DNA of 64,000 nt from Lophium mytilinum (lineage: Eukaryota): assembly GCA_010093605.1 (NCBI GenBank), contig MU004193.1, positions 1,692,579 through 1,756,578 on the forward strand, read 5' to 3'. Within the stretch, counting starts at the first letter, position 1. Every line of letters begins with the position of its first letter. A program made the translations under genes and the position numbers. The notes under the pieces were generated by a model. The model was given only the letters and a program-made list of their open reading frames with translations. It was not told the DNA's origin and searched no databases. Below are positions 1-11,878 of the stretch, piece after piece.

Positions 1-1164
1 GCATCGGTAAGGCAACTTCTCGTGCTCTTGCGAAGCTAGGATGTAGCATCGCCGTGCACTACCATTCAGCGGAAGATGCCGCCAAAGAACTGGTTGCCGA
101 GCTGAAGGGAATGGGGGTTCGATCGGAGTTCTTTCAGGCAGACTTGAGCGTTTATGATGAGGTGAGTGATGTTTGGCAGGGGCCGTAATAAATTTTGATG
201 TCTGATACCTCCATTTTGCATACGTGTTTCCCCATGTTGTCATTGAGCATATTTCTATATCTCAATTGCCTCATTCTATGCCCCAAAACAATCCTCCCAA
301 CCTGTCTCATTGCACTTGCTCAATTCCCCTCCCCGCCCACTCCCCAGCCCCCACGTGTCCCAAAACCCCAGATCCTCATCTTATGCCTATCCCAGGTCCG
401 CAGCCTCCACGCCTCCGTCCTCTCCACAATGGGCGCACCGACCATCCTCTACAACAACGCCGGCTTGACCCTAAAACACGGCATCACCTCCATCGCCGAC
501 ATCTCTATCGAAGAGTTCGAGCACACCTGGCGCGCAAACACCGGTTCTGCGTTCCTCCTCACTCAACTCTGCATCCCGGCCATGGAAGCGGCGGGCTGGG
601 GACGCGTCATCTTTTGCTCCAGTGTGGCGGCGTTTACCGGGGGTGTTGTGGGGCCGCATTACGCGTGAGTGCTACCCTATTCGTATCTTGGGGGTTGGGG
701 GGAGGAGAAGGGAGGGACACGGGGTAGCGGAAGGGACGTAGGATAGGGGAAGGGAAAGGAGATGTGGCGGAAGAGCGAAAAATGGGGACGGTCGGGCTAA
801 TACGGGAACAGGAGTTCCAAATCCTCCCTCCACGGCCTGATCCATTGGCTTGCAGGCGCGTATGCCACAAAAGGCATTACGGTGAATGGGGTTGCGCCGG
901 CGCTGATTCAGGAGACGAAGATGCTGCCGGGTAGTGATGAGGAACTTGCGAAGAGTATGTCCTCTCCTTTCTTTCGCGCTTGGCCATTCTATGCTGTGGT
1001 GTGTTCGAAGTTGAATCTAGTTGAGAGTTGATTGAATTATAGAAATCCCAATCGGACGCCTCGGCACACCAGACGAGATCGCTGAAACTGTTCTTTGGTT
1101 GGTGAGGACGGGGTATGTGACGAATAAGGTTGTTGGGGTTGATGGGGGAATGTTTGCGCAGTAA
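1..1164 (+). CDS. Short-chain dehydrogenase/reductase (3-oxoacyl-ACP reductase-like), 5' end outside the window
   Basis: Spliced reading GIGKATSRALAKLG...NNAG...SSVAAFTGGVVGPHYASSK (YxxxK)...ITVNGVAP...PIGRLGTPDEIAE...VDGGMFAQ*. Introns at about 162-395, 665-812 and 955-1042. Confidence 0.9.
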
Positions 1165-1486
1165 GAGTGATGCGCTTCTGGGTGTAGGATTTCCGAAATA
1201 GTTCAATGGGATTCCCCTTATACATTTTAAATACTGTAGTTGTTGGCGCTGGGAAGTGTTGGGTCGGTGTAAGGATGGCTTCAATGGGTTGAAAATGAGC
1301 GGTGCAAATGGCGACAGACAAGAGTCCAATCCACAGTCGAGGTCAAAGGACATGCAATCTAACCCCAAAATTGAGATGTAGACAGCTAGAAACCGTAGAC
1401 CGAGCGCCAACCCCATGGAACTTGAAGCCTACATATCCGCTAGAACCCTCTCAATCCAATCAACTATCCCACATTCAACCCCTCAC

Positions 1487-2864
1487 TCACCTTTCCAACA
1501 ACCACCTCATCCCCTCCAGCATATCTCCCCAGAATTGCCGACTCCGCTGCATTGTCGGAAAGTTCGCATGAAACATGTGCCCGTACCCAGCATATAGATC
1601 AAGTTTCGTTTCCACGCCGCTTGCTAGCAGTTCTCGCTCGTAGAGCAGCGTCTCGTCGCGCAGGGGGTCGATGCCGCCGATTTGGATGTAAGCTTTGGCC
1701 ACACCGATATGGCCCGCGGGGTGGTTGAAGGGTTCCCATAGCCAGGAAGTGGGGTCGGGGTTGTAGGCAGCTGGCAGACATTAGATAGGGGTGAACGGAT
1801 TGGTTGGTGAATGGAGTGAGGGGGGATCGGAGTTGAGTGAATAATTGAGTGCACAGGATGTGATCAGCGAGTCGTATGTGAATGGCGGAAGGAGACGAGA
1901 GTCAGAAATCAAGTAATTGGCGAGCAACTAAGTGAACAGTGGGAAGTACTTGAGAAGCGGAAAAGCAGGCGAGAGAGAGGAAGCAGGAAGTATCCATTGG
2001 GATCGGAAAGGGATAACACCACGGTACACACCTAGTATTCCGTCTATCGCGTTCTTCTTCAGCACCGGATCGCTCTCCGCCCCCTCTCTACTCCAATACT
2101 CATCGCGATACTGCTCTGGTACCCCTGTAGGATGCAGCACCGCTGGAGCACATAGGTACTGTCCTGTGACTGGCGGCTCTAGCTTCGCGTCTCTTGCCAT
2201 GTGAGCCATGACTGCGGCGATGTTACCGCCCGCTGATGCGCCTTCGACAATTAGACCGAGGGATAGATTAGCGTTAAAAGATTGCGCGTGGGATATGGCC
2301 CATAGGAGGGCGTCCCACGAGTCCGTTATGGCGGTAGGAAAGGGGTGTTCGGGTGCGAGGCTGGGACACACGTCAATTTTGATGCCTGCGAGTGTTGCCT
2401 TCTGCCACGCTAAAGTCCTCGATAAATGGGAAGAACTTAGCGAAAGACGAGAAAAGGAAAGAATTATACCGGTATTCCACATTAATGCAAACAGCTCCTA
2501 GATCCCTAGTCCACATTCTACAATTCATCTCTTCGTCGGTCAAATCGCCCATGCTCCATCCCCCTTCATGATAGGCCAAGATCAGAGGACTTCCTCCTTC
2601 CCTCTTGTACTTTGGCTCATAAACCCTCACCGCGATTTTACTTCCATCTCTGACAGGCACTTGATGGTCCGTTTCTACAACCTGTTCCGGAATCGGGCCT
2701 GGAATCGGATACAAGTGGCGCAAGGCTTTAAGATGCTCCGCCCGAGAGGCGCGGAAGCTCAGGATGTCGGTGCCAGTGACGCTGATGGGGTTCGCGGCGA
2801 CGGCTGCGGTGCAGGTAGGTGAGATGGTGCCAGATGACTGTATGGCTTCCCTTGAAAGAGGCAT
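1487..2864 (-). CDS. Alpha/beta hydrolase fold-3 (hormone-sensitive-lipase family) esterase/lipase
   Basis: HEGGW oxyanion motif, VEYR(LAPEHPFP), nucleophile GASAGG, DPLRD acid and GYGHMF His, spread over ORFs 2373-2864, 1928-2482 and 1487-1702. Multi-exon. Confidence 0.9.
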
Positions 2865-5830
2865 GATGTATCCTGAGAACTTGGTGAGAAACGATAAAAT
2901 CGAGAGAGGTAAAGGTAAGCCGAAAGGGATAAGGGGAGATGAGATAGCTTTATCGTAGAAGAGCCGATGCCGACGTTGATTCTCATAGAAACTGATTAAA
3001 CAATGAGAAAATTAGTCATTACTGGACTTCCTGACACAGGTAGCTGTATATAGACATTAGGCAGATGTAGGACCAATTGAGGTAGTTGCTGATACTTGAA
3101 CTGGCTGCTGACGCTGATGACGTGCGGGGAATGCTGAAGGATGACGGTCGGAACTTGAATGATCTTTGGGAACTGCCGAGCTGCTAATAAAGAGTCGGTT
3201 TAGCGAAATAGATGCGTGAGATCGGTACAACGACGAGTTCATGTTCCATATAGACCATTTTTCGGCTCGTTCATTGCCTTCCAGCTACACTTCGTCCACG
3301 CTCATTCACTTTTGAAAACACGTGATTCTGACCGTAATTCGATCAAAAACATCGACAACGTCACTAAGACCCTAATCTGTAGAATTTATGTTTTCTACAA
3401 TTTGAGAGCTTTTATCAACGAGAAATGTACTCTGGCCTTGTGACATGTACTAAAGCCTGGTTATAAACTGTCATACTTACAAATGCTGCTAGATTAGCTG
3501 TTCTTGCCGCCTTTCTACCCCTTCGCAACGACGTTCGCTATCTGTCATCATCCTTCCTGATCTGTCAATAGAAGTTTGATGAATCGGAGACAAATGATGC
3601 TCTTGTCGTAGAGGAAAAGCCAGTACCCAATATACGAGTGCTCAAAGAAGAGATGAGACTCCAAGTTCGATCAAATGCATCTAGTCTAATAGAAACGCAG
3701 AATTGCCGGCACGGGGTACGTTTTGCCGTTGGCGCAACCACTTGGAATCCGCAAGGAAGCCAATGAAAGCAAAAAGGTCGACTTTCCTCCAATGAGTGGT
3801 TCTCATCTCACCGCTACTCAACATATACACTTGCCCCCCAAGGTATAGGCCACTCGGACAACCGCGATGGCATGCATGGCATCGGGCCTGATGCCGAATG
3901 CAAAAGAAAACGGGGCGAACGTATGCAAGCCCCTCATTTGGAGGGCTCGTGGACCCTGTCGCTTCTCGATTACATGGTTTATCTCGTTCGTGTCTGCAAT
4001 GCCGCGGAGAGAAGGGCTCTTGCGTGAGGTGACGCGACGGACGATGCCGATCTAGTTGTCCGGACAGTGTTGACGCGACGTGTTGGTGATGCTGGCGGCC
4101 CAATAAGGCTGAGGATGGTTGACCGGAGGAACCACGTCGTCGACGTGCTGGTAATCGGGACTCTTTCAGCTGCTTCAGCTGGTACCGGTGTCGTTTCAGA
4201 GCCTCTGTGGTACTATTCAGCCGTTGGAGCTGCGCGGTGTCTTCTGATACAATGCGTGGCTCCTGGTGGATCAGGCGCCAGTGTGATGACTCGACGTCTT
4301 TGTGCAACTGGAATGATAGGAGAAAGCACTTATGACAACAACCATACGTTGACTCGATCTTTCATTCTCGATCTTTCATTATTTCGAAAAGTCTCTGAAT
4401 ACTTCGAGGTCCAGCTCCAATGGCGTGCTGATGAATAGTACTGTACCCTGTCCTGACCAGATTCAGCATCGCAGGGACTATGCCAGTTGCCACAGCACGA
4501 TCCTACAGAGGCACCTCAGCGTGCTACATAGTACGAACGACTCGCGCGGTGGAGTCCGGCACGTTGGGCGCGAATGAAGCCAGCGGACAGTCTCACGTTG
4601 AAGAGGCTTAGGGATGTGGAGTTTGTCGCGTATCGAAGCCGCTTTGGGCGTGCATTTGAGTGAAGCAACCTAACGAAGCCTGAAGAAGTATCACAGGAGC
4701 TTGGGTGCAGCACAACGTGTACAAGAGGTTGCCGATCTTTGAGCATCCAGCTTGCGGATCCGAGGCGCCGTAGTCCTGGCGGCCTAACTAGCCGCGAAGG
4801 CGAGCGGCGACGAGGTGTCGGTGTCCAAGAAATGCGAATAAGCCCGGTGCTTCTAGTGACTTTCGAAATGCAGGGCCATCCATGGCTGCGGGCCTAGCAG
4901 CCCAACGGTGCTCGGAGGGGCAGAGGGGCAAAGCGGCGCCATGGTGAAGTCTTTTGCATACAGTGTGTAAATTCAAGGGGAAGCTGGCGGCGAAGATGAG
5001 GATGGAAGCCCAACGTCGTTATGTAAGTGGGCGAGGAGGATGCTGGAAATAAGGTGAATAGAATGCTCGCGAAAGCGTCCTGGGGTTGTGGGCACAGTGG
5101 GGTCCCTCTGGCTGTCGAGGCCTGTCAAATGGTGGCCTCCATCATCCATCAGCATCGGCGCAGGGTCTAGGGAGAAAGGGCTTGGCAGCAGCCGTGACGT
5201 CTGTCACTCCATGACCACTGGCAGCCCGCCAAAAAGTGGCCGATCCAACCTCGATTCATGTCGGGCACACACGACACCCCTATCCTCCCTCTCTACACCA
5301 GCCAGAAAGCCTCCGAGCACCTCCATATCGTCTCCAGCCCCCCCGTTTTAGGACTCCCGAGTGCTGCGAGCCCGTGTTCCCCCACATCCTCGACTCGCAT
5401 CGTCGCCTGTAGCCTCCCACCTGCATCGCCCGCCCTCCACCGCCGAAGAAGCCTGGGATAATCCTGTTTCGGGTGCATCGTTCACGCTCTCTGCCCGACG
5501 GCGCCCTGCTCTGCTGCGTGCTCGGCCCAGCTGCCGCCTTCGCCGTTTGGGCTGTCGGTATCCTCTGCTCCGCCGGCTAGCTACAACTGAGGCCTTCGCC
5601 GAGTCCCTCTCCCCACCGCAAGGGCAGCCTGGAGCCAGCGCAGACGGATATTGCAGCAGTACGAGGGATCCTCCGGCCAGCTCACCTGGCGCCCGTCTCT
5701 ATCGCCTCTAACCCGGAATGTACGTCGATGTCAGCCATTCTTTCTGTCCGCGCCTCAAAAAACGCATTTCTATCTCGTTTGTTCCTTCGTTTCTGCCTTT
5801 GAAGCCTTTCTCCCTGCTAACATCCTCGCC

Positions 5831-8800
5831 ATGGACAGTGTTCTCATTCCTTCGGTCAGCTCTGGCAAGCAAGGGCGTAACTACTCGTACAGCTACACCC
5901 CGCCGCACATCCCACGACGTCATTCGGTGGTCGCGGGCACTCCAAGGGCCCCGCCAACTACTGAACCTCCGACTTCTCCCAAAACACCAAAGACACCACG
6001 CCCGCCGCTTACGGCCATCACCACATCTCCCGCTGTTCTGGTCAACGTTCAAACTGCAGCCATGTCGGGACACTACCGTCCTGCCTCGCCTCGACGGCTC
6101 GTGGCTCCTGGACGAGCGTCCACTGGAACTTTCGGCGAACCAACTCACGGCAGCTACGATCCATACTACCCTGCGAGGACGCGAGATCTCGACTCACCGC
6201 GGACCAGTGGCGAGAGGATTGTCGTTCCTGTTACCCACACCTCACATCACTATGCCCCTAGCTCCTCATCCTCCAGATCTTCAACAAAGTACGACCCAGC
6301 AAAGTACGACCCTTACTCGGGACGACCACGACGCAACACCCTCACCGATCCTGAAAGCCGCGCCCCCCGACCCTCCTCGAGTTCCCTGACACCAGCCATG
6401 TCCATCAGGACCCATGGCAACGTCATTCATTCAGAGCAACCACGACCCTCGAGTCCTCTGGCCCGTTCTTGGGACAGCCGCGGAGAGACCTATATTACCC
6501 CGCCAGCCTCTTCTCAACCTCGACGTGAGCACAAGAGAATTTACAGCGTGGATGACAGCCACACCGCGAAGCTCATCGCAGAGCAGCGAGAAATAGTTGA
6601 TCCCCGACGGCGGGATAATGCAAACATCGGATACAAGTCTACTACTACGAGTGGCGGACGAAGCTATCATCACAACAAACCCCTAGTCCGGAGCAGTGAG
6701 CCGGTAGCCCGCAACAGCGAGGTCAACGATGATGCTTTCTCTTACACAGACCCGGCGTCCATGTACCGGGATACGGAGCCTACCTGGAGACGACGCCGTG
6801 GAAGCCAGGAGCGGGCACCTCGGCCAACCAGTCTCATCATGGATAGCACTGCTCCACGGACATCACTACGTGAGCTAGGCCCACCTCCGTCTTCTACTCG
6901 GGCTTTCGACAAGATCAACAGCGGCATTGGAAGGTCTGGAAGCCTAAGAGATCCTGTTCCAGTCGCTTCTCATGATCGATCATCCTCCCACGACCGATCC
7001 GGCGGGTACCGCGAGATCGATCCATACGCTACCCCCGCTCGCTCATCGTCTACTCGATATGCACCTGCAAAGGTACACCAAGACGGCTACGATGGAGTTG
7101 AGGACCGTCGTGAGCGTGGACGCCATCTCGGTGGCGGGAGGTATGAGGATCCAGATGTTGCAACCAGGGGTTTTGGAATTCGGTCTGGTGGCGAACCGTA
7201 CCAGGCACGTGAACCCAGCCTTGATCGCGAACCCATTTGGGACGCTCGAGAGCAGCCTGGCCGAAGGGTTGAAGAATACCCCCCTGGTCCTTATTATGCT
7301 GACGAAGATGTTCGTCGTTCACAGGAGCTCCGTCGTTCTGACGCCCGGCTACCAGATCCACGAATCTCTGATGTTCGGATACCTGATCCGCGAATCTCAG
7401 ATACCCGTATTGCTGACCCACGAGTCCCCGATCCTCGCATCGCCGACCCACGAGTTTCGGACCCACGTCCTGCTGATCCACGTCTCACTGACCCACGTCT
7501 CACTGACCCACGCCTCACTGACCCACGCCTCACTGACCCACGCCTCACTGACCCACGCCTCACTGACCCACGTCTCGCGGACCCACGAATTCCTGACCCT
7601 CGATCTTCTGATTCTCGCATTCCGGACCCTCGGATTACTCGGGAACGTGATGCTATCCCATACCGAGAATCTGAGCGTGAAAAGGACCTCAGCCGTTCCG
7701 ATCGTGACAGAGGTGTAGATCGAGACAGAGAGAGGGAGCGGGAGCGGGATCGGGATCGAGAACGGGACCGAGAACGGGACCGAGAACGGGAGCGCCCACG
7801 GGACCGAGACCGCGACAGGGACCGTGATTCAGACCGCGAGCGAGAACGCGAGAGAGACCGCGAACGAGAGCGACGTAAAGATCGCGATCCCGATCACGAC
7901 CGACGTGATCGAGATGTTGGCCTAGCTTCGGCAGCCGTCGCCGGTGCTGCTGCTACATATGGTGCTGGCGAGGTACTCAAAAATCGTGATCGCGACTCTG
8001 ACCGAGAACGCGAGAGACGCAAGGAACGCGACCGCGACGGCGATCGTGATCGTCGGGACAAAGAACCCGAAGATCGACCTCGAGCTCCGGCCACCGCTCC
8101 GCCCAACTCGGCTCCCTTTGCTGCTCCTGAAGCTGACCGAAAGCCACGAGAGCGGCGGTACGAAGAAGAGGAGGAACGAAGTCGCCATCATCGCCGACAG
8201 TTCTCCTCGGATGAGCGGACCGAAGCAGAGCGCGAACGTCCTCGACATTACGTCGAAAAGGAGCCCGAGACCTTGAAACTAGGAAACCGTGACAAACCAA
8301 CCCTGGAAACCGTTCTAGACCCGGAAGAGGACTATCGCCGTCGCGTGGCTCAAGAACTTGAGCGCAGCAAGAAAACCACACGGGATCGTGACTCCAGCGA
8401 CTCTGATCGCGAGAGGGAACGCCGTCGGAGGAGAGACCGAGATCAAGACCGACCGAGAGATGAGCGTGACCGTGTGCCAACCGAAGATCCCGTTGACTCG
8501 CGTGGACCACCGCCTCCTAAGTCAAGGGAGGTGGACTCCCATCCACGCCAGAACGAACGTTCCAACAGTGTACTTGATACCGGCCTTACTCAAGAGCCTG
8601 ATTCTCTTGCCGTAGCGGATTCCGATGGCCCTACCGACCGCGAAGGCAACCGTGTTCGCATCGTGTCGCCGCCGAAAGAGGATCCTGCACCCATCAAGGG
8701 TATCTTGCGCAAGCCGACAGAGAAGTTCCCATGGCATCCCGATCCAATCCGTGAAGGCGTTGCGCCCCTGAAGACTGGCAAGACCAAGGATATTCCACCA

Positions 8801-9206
8801 GACGCGCGCTGGACGAAGATTGATCGGCGCCTTGTGAACCCGGAGGCTCTTGAAGAGGCGAAAGAGCGATTTGAAGAGCGCCAGGATTGTGTAATTGTTT
8901 TGCGGGTTTTGACGAAAGAGGACATCCAAAAGCTTGCGGATCGTACTAAGCAGATTCGGGAAAAGCGAGAAGGTTAGTTGAGACCACGATTTGACCGTGT
9001 ACAGCATTAAGAGCATGTTTGTTAACTTGATAGCTCATGCAGACTCCGATGAGTATGACCACGACCGCCACGACCGTCATGAGCACGATGATAAAAAGCA
9101 TGGCCATCGCAGCAAGGACGAGGGTAGGAGCAGGCACAAGTACTCCGACGACTCTGAATCCGACGACGAGCCGAGAAAGCCTCGGATGATTGAGGGGCAG
9201 CATTAA
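5831..9206 (+). CDS. Large low-complexity R/D/E-rich protein with a conserved fungal C-terminal domain (DUF8035-like)
   Basis: 1108-aa ORF. The C-terminal block KGILRKPTEKFP...IPPDARWTKIDRRLVNPEALEEAKERFEER..CVIVLRVLTKEDIQKLADRT is recognisable as conserved in ascomycetes. Intron 8973-9033 joins the last exon, which ends at 9206. Start is uncertain (ATG 5831 or about 6062). Confidence 0.8.
7340..7639 (+). repeat. Coding 15-bp tandem repeat, 20 units of D-P-R-x-x
   Basis: DARLP DPRIS DVRIP ... (DPRLT)x6 ... DPRIT; near-identical GACCCACGYCTCACT core units at 7475-7564. Confidence 0.95.
7700..8060 (+). repeat. RE/RD dipeptide low-complexity tract (coding)
   Basis: RDRDRGVDRDRERERERDRDRERDRERDRERER... 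in translation. Confidence 0.9.
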
Positions 9207-9879
9207 TGGATGTTGGGTAGCTGAATTGAGCGACGAGCGATTGCATGAATATCGAAGCGAGTGCGTTGGATGACTGCGTTTGAGCGAGGAGCGGAGTCAC
9301 TACAAGTGTAGGACAGTACTACTTCGTACAACAGCGAAAATCTTTGTTCTGGAAGTGGATTAGTGGCATGCTTTGAATGTTTGGCGTAGCAATGCCGTTT
9401 CTACTAATGATACTCACGAAATAAATTAGGGATTTACTAGCCGCTTTTCATCTCAACGTCCATCCTTAATTGCACGTCATTCCACGCTCTACCCCCTCAA
9501 CCTGGAGTACCTTGCAGAAGTCTGGGGCCACCTCTTTCGTACGCGCGATGAATACTCCATGATCCCTTTCAAGACTTTGAAAGCTGAGTGCCCATTTTCT
9601 CCAACCAATTCAAAACGCTTGTTGCGCCTCCCCCTCGCCTAGATGGAGCCGTGTCGCATTCCTTCATTACTCCTCTCTACGGTGTCTGTGGTAGGAGGGC
9701 CTTTAAGACAATCAGCCTCCGCTTTAAGCGGTGAACCTGCCGTGACTACGCGTGAGGTATTGGAGAACTGTTAAAATCAATTCGAAATGGTAGACGAAGG
9801 TGTGAGAAGGCTCGCGAAGTTGCTCGTCCGGAAACTATAGCTTCATACTAGTCAAACCCCCTCATTGTACTATTTTGCA

Positions 9880-11184
9880 CTATTTAGCTCGTTGGAATGG
9901 AACCCATCTAGGAAGAGAAAAGTAATCTCCCTTATATACACCAGCATGAATATCCGCTTCTAGCTTCTTCGCCTCATCCGTGTTCTTGAGCGTTCTTTCG
10001 AGCTTTGCACCGATTTCTTTGTTCTTCCGCAACATCTCCAAGAACTCATCTGGACGAGTTTGATCAATCACCAACTCGCTCTGCCTCATATGAAAATGAT
10101 GGAGTCCCTGGGATACTTTCTCCAGCCGCCTCGTGACCTCGCCGACGTGTCTCTGGCACGGGCCGACGAAAGTCCTGACCCTAATCAACTCTTCCTCGAT
10201 ACTCCGGATGTGCTGCTCTCTCTGGGCGAGGCCCTCCACACCCAGCCTGGACCAGCTCCCGCTCTTCAAACTTTTCTCGGCGTCCTCCTCGAATTGCCTC
10301 TTAACCCGCGTCTCTTCTCTGCTAACGATCTCCTGGATCTGCTTCAGAGAGCTTTCCATATCCCGCAACTGCGAGCGCATCGACCCCGCCGCCTGATCGG
10401 CCAGTGTGCCTAAATCTTTCGTCGACTTCCCAACAATGCCCCGCAGCGTCTCCGCACTCGACTTCCCTCCTCCTGCTTCCAATTCGCTCGACATCCGAGT
10501 ATACAGAAACGTGTTCTCGTCCAGCACGTTCCGAAGCACCTGCGGCAACTTGGCTTCAAACTTCCCCAACGCCGCACCCACCGCTTTCGCGTCCTTTATA
10601 AATTTGTTGAAGAGGCCGACCGCTTCCTGCCTGAAAGGCGCGGCGGAGGAGTGCTGCACGAGGCCGCGTACGGCGTCGACGTCGGTTCTTGTGTACGCGA
10701 TGGCGTGGCTCATGGAGCGCGTGGCGTCGAGAACGCGCTCATGTAGGGCGTGAGGAGTTAAGCGCACGCTGTGGGGGATGTAGCCGCCGAATCTCTCGCG
10801 GGCGGGGACGGGAGCGAGGAGGAGGGCGCGGGTGAGGTTGCTTGCGGCGGCTATGCCGATGAGAGTGATGCCCGCTGTGAGTAAGACAGTGAGGTAGCGG
10901 AGGAGGCGGGTGGGGAGGGTGGCTGTGGTTGTTTTGGCTTCCGAATGGCTCCTGGCTTTATGTGGGAGGTTCTTGCAAGTACTGGTTTCGCTGGAGGATG
11001 TAGATGACTGCGAGTCTGAATAATAAAGCTCGTTCGTTGGCGAAGAACGGGTTTCCTGATCTCTGTCATGGAACCTCCTCCTTGTCGTGTTGTGCGTAGT
11101 GCTGCTGTTGGCGTCGGGCGCGGAGCTCCAGCGGTAGTCGTTCCAGGTCGCTGGGTCTTTTACACGAGATCGCTTTGAGGGCAT
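9880..11184 (-). CDS. Hypothetical single-TM coiled-coil protein
   Basis: Intronless ORF of about 434 aa: S/T-rich N-terminus, hydrophobic segment YLTVLLTAGITLIGIAAA, then a long helical heptad-rich region. Confidence 0.7.
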   Translation of the reverse strand: MPSKRSRVKDPATWNDYRWSSAPDANSSTTHNTTRRRFHDRDQETRSSPTNELYYSDSQSSTSSSETSTCKNLPHKARSHSEAKTTTATLPTRLLRYLTVLLTAGITLIGIAAASNLTRALLLAPVPARERFGGYIPHSVRLTPHALHERVLDATRSMSHAIAYTRTDVDAVRGLVQHSSAAPFRQEAVGLFNKFIKDAKAVGAALGKFEAKLPQVLRNVLDENTFLYTRMSSELEAGGGKSSAETLRGIVGKSTKDLGTLADQAAGSMRSQLRDMESSLKQIQEIVSREETRVKRQFEEDAEKSLKSGSWSRLGVEGLAQREQHIRSIEEELIRVRTFVGPCQRHVGEVTRRLEKVSQGLHHFHMRQSELVIDQTRPDEFLEMLRKNKEIGAKLERTLKNTDEAKKLEADIHAGVYKGDYFSLPRWVPFQRAK

Positions 11185-11878
11185 GGCGGGAGTAATTGGT
11201 TGGAGCAATAAGCAAGGGCCAGGCAAGGGGGGTCGAGTAGTAATGTTGACCGTGTTAATTTGGAGTGTTGGTATCCTGTAGACTAGTCGCCGATCTAAAT
11301 CCGACGAGTATAAAGATAGCCATCCGCGAACCCGTATGCGTAAAGCGGTTGGTGTTCTGGCCGTGGGAAGTCTTTGTCTTTGATCGATCTAGTCTTCCAC
11401 GGCACAAGACACACAAGGGAGATCGAGTCCGAAGAGCGTCGAGCGCCTTGCGAGATCCGAACAACAAAGAAAGGTATAACGAGACTGCATCTTGCAACTG
11501 TTTGGAAACTTCCGTGAGAACGAAAATACTGTGAAGGGGTAGCCTGCTGCACTTCAGCTGTTTGTTAGTTGCGGGCTCGATTGCATACTGCACCAGACTT
11601 CGAGTATGGGCGAGTCGGACGCGAGGTCCGCTCCGGCGGCACATTCAAATGCTATACAGAACGCGGACGAGGCATGTAATTGTGCGAGTGAGAGCACATG
11701 AGTCCTAGTTGTGTGTGTGAACACCCATAGTATTAGATATCACAGAAGTAATTGCTAGATCAAGGAAGTTAGGCGTTTCTAAGCGTCCAGGGAACTTGGA
11801 AGTAGTTGATTATGAGGGTTCTCAGGCGCCAAGCGACCAAGTAAAAGGATTCTCTAAGCAGCGCCAAAGAAAAGCGTT

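Noticed and set aside
4353..4380. 14-bp tandem duplication CTCGATCTTTCATT x2
   Set aside because: Isolated slippage or footprint-like event with no associated element.
3565..4976. ORFs of 208 aa (3681-4307, minus) and neighbours, with some splice-like signals
   Set aside because: No recognisable domain, and no consistent exon chain could be assembled; may be UTR or a decayed gene.
7475..7570. Regular short repeats as a possible CRISPR array
   Set aside because: Contiguous units without spacers, inside a eukaryotic CDS.
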